Origin: Octopus vulgaris | Taxonomy: Eukaryota | DNA length: 64,000 nt | Direction: 5' to 3' | Assembly (NCBI GenBank): GCA_951406725.2 | Contig: OX597831.1 | Span: 40,300,001-40,364,000, forward strand | Shown here: positions 55,000 through 64,000 of the stretch, one piece after another | Position numbering within the stretch: position 1 is the first letter of the stretch | Layout: every line of letters starts with the position of its first letter | The notes under the pieces: generated by a model | Databases searched by the model: none | What the model was told of the DNA's origin: nothing | What the model saw: only the letters and a program-made list of their open reading frames with translations | Program-made: the position numbers and the translations under genes

Positions 55000-55803
55000 A
55001 AGGAATGAGAGGATAAGTAAGAAGAGGGAGAGGATGAGAAGGAAGAGGAAGTGTAGGAAACGGAATAAGTGGAAAAGGTTGCGTTTGTGATGGTGTTTAT
55101 GGTAGAGATGGAGAAAATGAATGAGGAGATAGAGGAAGAGGAGGAAGAAGAGGAGGAGGAGGAGAAGAAAAAGAAGAAGAAGAAGAGGAGGAGGAGGAAG
55201 AAGAAGAAGAAGAAGAAGAAGAAGAAGAAGAAGAAGAAGAAGAAGAAGGAAGAAGAAGAAGAAACTGGCGGAGAGGAAAAGAAGAAAAAGATGTCGATGA
55301 GGATGAAGAAGAAAAAGGAGGGAAGAAATTGAAGGGAAAAAAAGAGCGCGGTGAAGAATAGGAGAAAGGTGAGAAGGAAGGGAGAGGGAGAAGAAGAAGA
55401 AGAAGAAGAAGAAGAAGAAGAAGAAGAAGAAGAAGAAGAAGAAGATGAAGAAGAAGAAGAGGAAGAAGAAGGGAGTTAGAACAACAATAACGACAACATC
55501 ATCATCATCATCATCATCATCATCAATAACAACGGCAATGATAAATAATTGCTGACACAACATTTTGGTTTCCATCTCTGAAGATAGATAACAACCGTAA
55601 TTTTCAAGAAAGAAAGAAAGAAAGTAAGAAAGTATGAAAGAAAAGCAAACAATTATAATAAAATTGATAAATATTTAAATTTTTTTTAAAAAAAGAGAGA
55701 AAAAGAAAAGAACTTTCACAAAAGGCCATTGTCTAGTTTACATTTTTTTTCTTCTCGCCTTTAATGGCAGGAGAGTTCTATTCTCGATGGAGTTTTCAAT
55801 GTA

Positions 55804-55869
<66 letters not shown>

Positions 55870-56168
55870 CTATCTCTCGCTCATTTGATTAATGTTTGAT
55901 TATCTTCGTAAGTGTCAGCATGTTTATAATAAACGCATCTCGGTTGTCGGAGTGCAAACTGTGCGACCTTTTCTTCGATACTGCTTTAACCGCCACCAGC
56001 CGCCATCAACATGACGATCGTCGTCGTCGTCACCACCACCGCCACCACTATCATCATCATCGTCGTCATCATCACCACCACCACCACCACCACCACCACC
56101 ACCACCACCACCACCATCATCATCATCAACGTCGTCGTCGTCGTCGCCGTCGTCGCCGTCGGCGTCGT

Positions 56169-56235
<67 letters not shown>

Positions 56236-56387
56236 GTCGTCGTCGTCGTCGTCGTCGTCAACACCACCATCACCATCATCATCATCATCATCATCAACAT
56301 CATCATCATCATCACCATCACCATCATCATCATCATCATCATCACCACCATCACCATCATCAACATCATCATCATCATCATCATCAG

Positions 56388-56418
<31 letters not shown>

Positions 56419-56474
56419 GTCGTCGTCGTCGTCGTCGTCATCACCACCATCACCATCATCATCACCACCATCAC

Positions 56475-56509
<35 letters not shown>

Positions 56510-56519
56510 CCACCATCAC

Positions 56520-56570
<51 letters not shown>

Positions 56571-57161
56571 TATCATCATCACCACCGTCATCGTCATCAT
56601 TTTCATTATTATCATCACCATAGTCGCCGTCACTGTCGTTATCATCATCATCATTGGCGTCATCATCATCATCATCGTCGTCGTCGTCGTCATCATCATC
56701 ATGAGCGTCTACATCCTCAATTTCTTCCTCCTCCTCCTCCTCCCCCCCTCTTCACCATTATCATCATCAGCATCAGTATCATCGTCATGATCATCATCAC
56801 CACCACCACCACCACCACCATCATCATCACCATCATCATCGTCGTCATGATGATGATGATCATCATCATCATCATCACCATAATCGTTGTCGTTATCATC
56901 ATCATCGTCCTTAGCGTCATCATCGTCGTCGTCTTCGTCGTCACCATCGTCATTATCATTAGTGTTTGCATCCTCCACCTCCTCCTCCTCTACTTCCTCC
57001 TCATCCTCATTATCATCATCATCATCATCATCAACACTACTATCATTACCTCTATCATTACTAGTGCTTACCTTTTCTGTCTCCTTCTCTCTCTCCCCTT
57101 TCTCTCTCGCTCTATCCCTCTGTCTGTCCGTCGCTCTGTCACTTTCCCTACTCTCCCCCTC

Positions 57162-57212
<51 letters not shown>

Positions 57213-57350
57213 CGTTCCCTTTTCGATTCACCGCTGCCTTATATTCAAAGCCATGCTTTAACTATCTTTTTCTCGTGCTTATGTCTGTGTAGAAGAGAGG
57301 GGGAGAGAGAGAGAGAAGGAGAGAGAGAGAGAAAGATGGAGAGAGACAGA
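55000..57350. repeat. (GAA)n, (CT)n, (CAT)n/(CAC)n/(CGT)n low-complexity region with short unique spacers
   Basis: Direct inspection; source of the 505-aa poly-His/Ile ORF. Confidence 0.9.
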
Positions 57351-57626
57351 GAGGAAGACAGAGAAAAAGCTTGTGCGTGTACACGCATATATACTGAAAA
57401 ATACTTTATATAGAGTTAAAAGCCTATGCATGTACATGTAAGTGTGCATGTGTATATATGGGTGCATGTATATGTATATATATGTGTGTGTATATATATG
57501 TGTGTGTATATATATATGTGTTTGTATATATGTGTGTGTGTATGTATATGTGTGTGTATATATCTATAAGTGTATATGTGAGTGTATATGTATATATATG
57601 TGTGTATGCATATGTGTGTATATATA

Positions 57627-57697
<71 letters not shown>

Positions 57698-58328
57698 ATG
57701 TGTGTATGTGTATATGTGTGTGTGTGCAAGTGTGTGTATGTGTGCATATGTATATACACACGTCTATCTCTATATACGCATAATTATATATATGTGTATA
57801 CATGTGTGTATGCATACATGTATGTATGTATGTATGTATGTATGTATGTATGTATGTATATATGTGTGTATGGGGGAGCTACCTGGTCTGTTTATAGATC
57901 TATAACTACATTTTCCTATCTGTCCTTTCCTAATTTATAGTGGCTACGAATGTGATCTGAGAGAATACTCGCTGCTATTTTCAGCGAATTATATGCGAAT
58001 ATATGTCAGCACCCTATTGACAAAAATTGCAAATGAACAATTCTCCCCACCATCTTTCATTCTTACAGTTTGTCTCAGTATTTGTCTTATATTTTCCTGT
58101 TTTCAGAGTAGGCAGCTGAACTAACAGGCTAGTATATTTCATTACCTCAACGAAGTATTTGTCTTTAGAGGCAGTGGGAATTATGATTGATATAGCAACA
58201 AAGAATTGTTCAAGGCAAGGTTTTTCGGCCACGTAGTAAAGGAATCGATGAGTTACCATCATAAACATTAGACTCTATGTTATACAAGTTTCACGACTTC
58301 TAACCCCACCTCTCTTTCTAAGTGTGGT

Positions 58329-58835
58329 TGCAGGCGTGGGTGTGTGGTAAGAAACTTGCTTCCCAACCACATGACTCCAGGTTCAGTCCAACTGCGTGGC
58401 ACTTTGGGCAAGTGTCTTTTACTATAACCTCGAGTGAAATGACTGAATCAAGTAAAAAGAAAGAAAAGAAATATATTTATATATATATATGTATATATAT
58501 ATATATTTATTTATATATATATATATATATACATACATACATACATACATATGTATATACGTATATATGTATGTGTGTCTGCCTTTGTTCTCCCTACTGC
58601 TGGACAATCAGTGTTGGTGTGTTTACGTCCCCAAACGTAGCGGTTCGACAAAGAGACCGATAAAATAAGCACCTGACTTGAAACCCTACCAAAAGTAATG
58701 GTGCTAAAAAAAAAATACGTAAACACTGCGCTCGATTTGTTGGACGAAAAAAACCCTTCAAGGTGGTGCCCCAGCATGGCCGTATTCCAATAACTGAAAC
58801 GAATCAGAAAAAGATAAAAGCTAGAAGATAAAAGA
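58329..58835 (+). mobile_element. SINE group A, diverged
   Basis: Head, internal microsatellite and GGTGCCCCAGCATGGCCG tail. Confidence 0.82.
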
Positions 58836-59284
58836 CGCAAAGATAAGAGCTTAGTGTTGCTAGAATTTAAATGCCAAACTCGAGTGAATCGATATGTCTT
58901 GTCCGTCCCTTTGGCACCATAAAATCCATTGTGAAGAATTCTTTGATACAGGAATAATTTTCGAAGCAGTTGTTGTTCAGTTTTTAGTTCGCTAGAAAAG
59001 ACTGTTAAGTCTTTCAAATTCCTGCACAGCAGGTGTTGGAAAAATCAAAGAACAAGCAACTTTTGGAAATTTTTAGAACTCTTTTAGCATCCTTGCATTT
59101 TTTTTTTTTTTTCCATCTTGCATTAAATTTTTAATGGGTTGGTTCAAATAAGAATAAATAAGCCGTAAGCTCTCCTTTCCAGTTCGCAAAAATATGAAAC
59201 GGTACTTTTAGCTTTCTATCCACGCACACGAGCCATTCAGCTGGTCTTTCATCTTTCATCTTTCATCATTTATCTTTAATCTTT

Positions 59285-59765
59285 AATCTTTTGCTTGTTT
59301 TCAGTCTATGGACTTCGGCCATGCTGGGGCAACGACTTGAAGGGTTTTAATCAAACAAATCGACCCCGGTACTTTTCCCTTCCGCCTGCTACTCATGCTG
59401 CTGTTCTCGTTTGCCTCAACCCCTCAGTTACGGGGACGTAAACAAATCGACACTGGTTATCAAGCGGTGGGGTGGGGAGGGCAAAGCAGACACAAACACA
59501 CTCACACAAACACACACACACACACACACACATACACACATACACACACACAGACAAACACACACACACACACACACAAACACACACACGCACACACACA
59601 CACATGTATATCGATATATATAAACAACGGATTTACGCATAATTTTCGTTTACCAAATTCTGCTATAGTCTGGAGCTAGAGTAGAAGACACTTGCTCAAG
59701 GTGCCACACAGTGGGACTGAACCCGAAGCCACATGGCTGCAAAGCGAGTGCCTAAACCGCACAAC
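59285..59765 (-). mobile_element. SINE group A, diverged
   Basis: GTAGAAGACACTTGCTCAAGGTGCCACACAGTGGGACTGAACCCG. Confidence 0.82.
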
Positions 59766-60691
59766 CTCTTTCTTACATCCTTATCTTAATCCGTCTTCGC
59801 CAATTACGAAGTATTGTGGTGTTATATAACACTAAGCTGCCGCGACCAAATGTTCTTTTATTCGTCAATTCTCAAATGCTGTTATTTTTCAACGGCCGTT
59901 AAAATGTATACTTTATGTTTCTAGTTAAATGAACCGAATGAACAATTATTCTCATTTTAGTGTAAGACGAGCTTGAAGCATTTGAAGAATTGTTGAACAG
60001 AAGAACATTATTTACATTATTTACATTTGACGGATATTTGTCCTCATCTTGCTTGTTGTTAACACAACGTTTCTGCTGATATACTCTCCAGCCACGCACC
60101 CAAATTGCTGGCCTTGTGCCAAAATTAGGAAGGATTCTATTGTTATTTTTCTATTGTTATTTTACTTCAGTTTAGTATGATATTGTGAACTTAACATGTA
60201 GCAACCAAATATTATTTATCGTTGATTGTTCCTTAACGCTATCACAAACCACACAAATCACTCGTCGAGCAAAATTAATCTGAGTTAACAACAGGAAAAA
60301 GGTGAGACAATCTCAGCTAGCGCTGGATTAACGCTTCAGCAAAATAAACACGTGCTTAGAGAAATTGTAAATAGTTTACGGCACATTAGAAATCGTTTTA
60401 AACTTGCTAAAATAAATATTATTGAGTGTGCCTTTCAAAAGGTAAACATTACCTTTCGTATATTTTTAACCTTAATTGCCACAAATTGCTGAGCTAAGCG
60501 TTTATTTTCTCAGTTGAACTATATTAAATATCTCATGAAAACAACTGTGCCACAAGGCAGGCTGGATGCTTTATTTTTACTAAGAAGAGAAGCAGATGTG
60601 TTACGTAAGATTAATTTTGAAGATCTTTCCAACGACTTTGCAATTAAAGAAAATTGAAGAAAACTTTTCAAATATAAATAAAATGGAAGTG

Positions 60692-61202
60692 CCGTAAGTC
60701 CTCGAGTATAGTCCGCCCTTGAGTATAGTACGCAGGGGATTTTTAGGGGGCTGTATCTCTGTAAAACCTAAACCGTGTGTATAATACTCACCCCTTCTCT
60801 AACTTGAGTCAAGGAGGTCTATATAACGTCCTTGGTTTGTAAACTGTATACGGTAACGTCCTTTATTATTATTGTATATATAACATAATGCAAACGTGTA
60901 GCTTTTTTGTGCATTTTGTTTGCAGAAAATAAAGAAATAACAGTAATAACGTTTAATAACTGTTGCTTATTGCAAGTTATAGATGATTCTTTTATGACTT
61001 CATTGCTTTCAGGCTTAGCTTAAGGTATTTTCGCGCCCGACATCACAAAATGCGTCTGAATAAACATTGTCGGACAGCAAATAGAGTCTCGGACATAGCT
61101 TAGAAAATAATTTTCATTTTTAACCTCGTATATAGTACGCACTAGGGATTTTGACCTTTAAAATGTGGGAAAAAAGTGCGGATTATACTCGAGGATTTAC
61201 GG
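60692..61202. mobile_element. Non-autonomous DNA transposon (Tc1/mariner-pogo-like MITE)
   Basis: TIRs CCGTAAGTCCTCGAGTATAGTCCGC / GCGGATTATACTCGAGGATTTACGG, TA on the right (TG on the left); subterminal TATAGTACGCA repeats. Confidence 0.8.
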
Positions 61203-62102
61203 TATACAAAAATAAACATTATTTTCCATCCAACTGTAAGTTTTGTTTCATTTTGAAAAATAAAAATTTATTGTATGGTTTATTGTTGTTTATATTTTGG
61301 ATTACATATATGTGGGGGCACTAAAACCTTTTAAGTGCTTAGGGCCTCTATGGGTCGTAAATCCGACCGTGGTCTCAGCAGGGATACCGACTATCAAAAG
61401 CTTTCCAATATTCCATTTGAGTGAGAGCAATCTGGCCTTTCCCCCCTCCCCCCATGTGCACTGGACTCTAGGACCGTCCCTCGAAGATAGAAGTTAGGTT
61501 ATGACTTGAAAGAAAGAGCTGTCTGTTATTTCTAGCAGACTGAGCGACCAGAAACAAGTTCCTTCGTTCGTTAACTCGCGAGGTGGCTCTGTAACGGGTA
61601 GGGTAAGGGTAGATTTATTAATGAAATTTTGACACATCCTGCAAATAGAACACGCAAGAACTAATTGCTCTTATCAGCTGTATATAGTTTTAGTTAGCAT
61701 TTTTTTAAAAATGTTTTCTTTTATTTATTCATTTCATTTGTTTTATATATTTATTTATTTGTGTGCTTATTTGTTTATTTATTTTTTTGTCAATATTTCT
61801 AATTTTTTAATTACGCTTTCTTTTTCTCTCTTCTGTGTATATTACGTATGATATACCAGTGTTCACACACGCACGTGTTTGTATTGAACACACGCATCCA
61901 CACACACGTATAAATGTATATTTATGTTTATATATATTATATATACATTTTTACACACACACACACACATAAATATATATATGTATGTATGTATGCATAT
62001 ATATATATATATATATATACAATATGTATGTATACGTATTTATATAAATATATATACACACACACATACATACATATCTACACACACATTATGAATACAT
62101 CC

Positions 62103-62149
<47 letters not shown>

Positions 62150-62227
62150 TGTATGTATGTGTGTTTGTATGTGTATGTGTATGTATATCTATATCTATAT
62201 ATATATATATGCGTGTGTATGAATGTG

Positions 62228-62267
<40 letters not shown>

Positions 62268-62419
62268 TGTGTGTATGTATGTATGTATGTATAGTAAATA
62301 TGTATATTATATAAAAATGGAAATACATATATATATATATACACATATACATATGTATCTACATGTGTTTTTGCGTGAGTGTAGACACACATGCACATAT
62401 ATACGTATGGGTATGTATG

Positions 62420-62453
<34 letters not shown>

Positions 62454-62672
62454 TGTATGTATGTGTATGTGTGTGCATACGTATCTATGTATATATCTGT
62501 GTGTGTGCGTGTATGTGTGTCTATGCACGCGTGCATGTGTGCATAGTGCGTGCGTGTGTACAAACCATGTTATACAGATGTCAAGCACTGTTGAACAGGT
62601 AACTAGCTGCAACGATAAGCACGTGTGTGTATTTGTGTGCGTCATATATGTGCAAGTGCGCGCGAGTATGAA

Positions 62673-62704
<32 letters not shown>

Positions 62705-63074
62705 TGCTTGACTGTCTGTCAGTCTATCAGTATGCCTGTGTGCCTCGTCTTGTGTATGTTATCATGCCACAACAAGGTTGCTGGTTAGCTTTCTGTTAGA
62801 TTAATTAAACAACTTGATAAATGATGTATGAGGAACATCGATGTTTAACGCAGTTAAATGTGTGGCAGAAATAAAATTTCCGAAGAATGAAATTGATGAA
62901 GTTTATAATATATGCTCATTCCTCCTACCCCACCCCACACCCCACTCCACATCCCTCACCTCCTACACCATCACCACCACCACCACAACCACCGCCGCCA
63001 CGACCGTCGTCACCACCATCACGAGAAACCATCGTCGCCAGCAACGCCACCAAAATGATAAGTGGGCTTATTAG

Positions 63075-63917
<843 letters not shown>

Positions 63918-64000
63918 TAAAAGCAAACAAAAACACAAAAACGTAAGTGGAAATAAAATAAAAATTGTAACATTTATAAAATTGAAAATGTTGCAGAGAG

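Noticed and set aside
55896-57413. 505-aa ORF and the many other poly-His/Ile/Tyr/Asn/Met ORFs
   Set aside because: Translations of stop-free microsatellites; no domain or splice evidence.
60061-60093. Stem II-GAAACGTT half of a hammerhead on the minus strand
   Set aside because: The CUGANGA half is absent, so it cannot be called a ribozyme.

Overview
Repeat-saturated, AT-rich, non-coding animal DNA. No host protein-coding exon could be supported, and nearly all ORFs in the track are translated microsatellites. The SINE types and microsatellite load resemble octopus (coleoid cephalopod) DNA, which is an inference. Recognisable content: decayed non-LTR retrotransposons (two long Dong/R4-type RLE LINE remnants, one CR1-type RT, RTE fragments), Tc1/mariner elements and MITEs, and about 30 copies or fragments of three tRNA-derived SINE groups. 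The main signal is a set of non-coding, (TA)n-flanked repeats carrying type I hammerhead ribozymes (HHRs). These are a 489-bp unit in tandem plus inverted arrangement (21382-23592), a 565-bp unit (49055-50248), a related 375-bp-arm foldback (13091-13998), a short minimal-HHR family, and solo HHRs. The HHR stems covary between copies and stem III is palindromic. The foldback loop is a 71-nt copy of the neighbouring LINE. This fits Penelope-like pseudo-LTR or retrozyme biology; all RNA structures were folded by eye and are untested.
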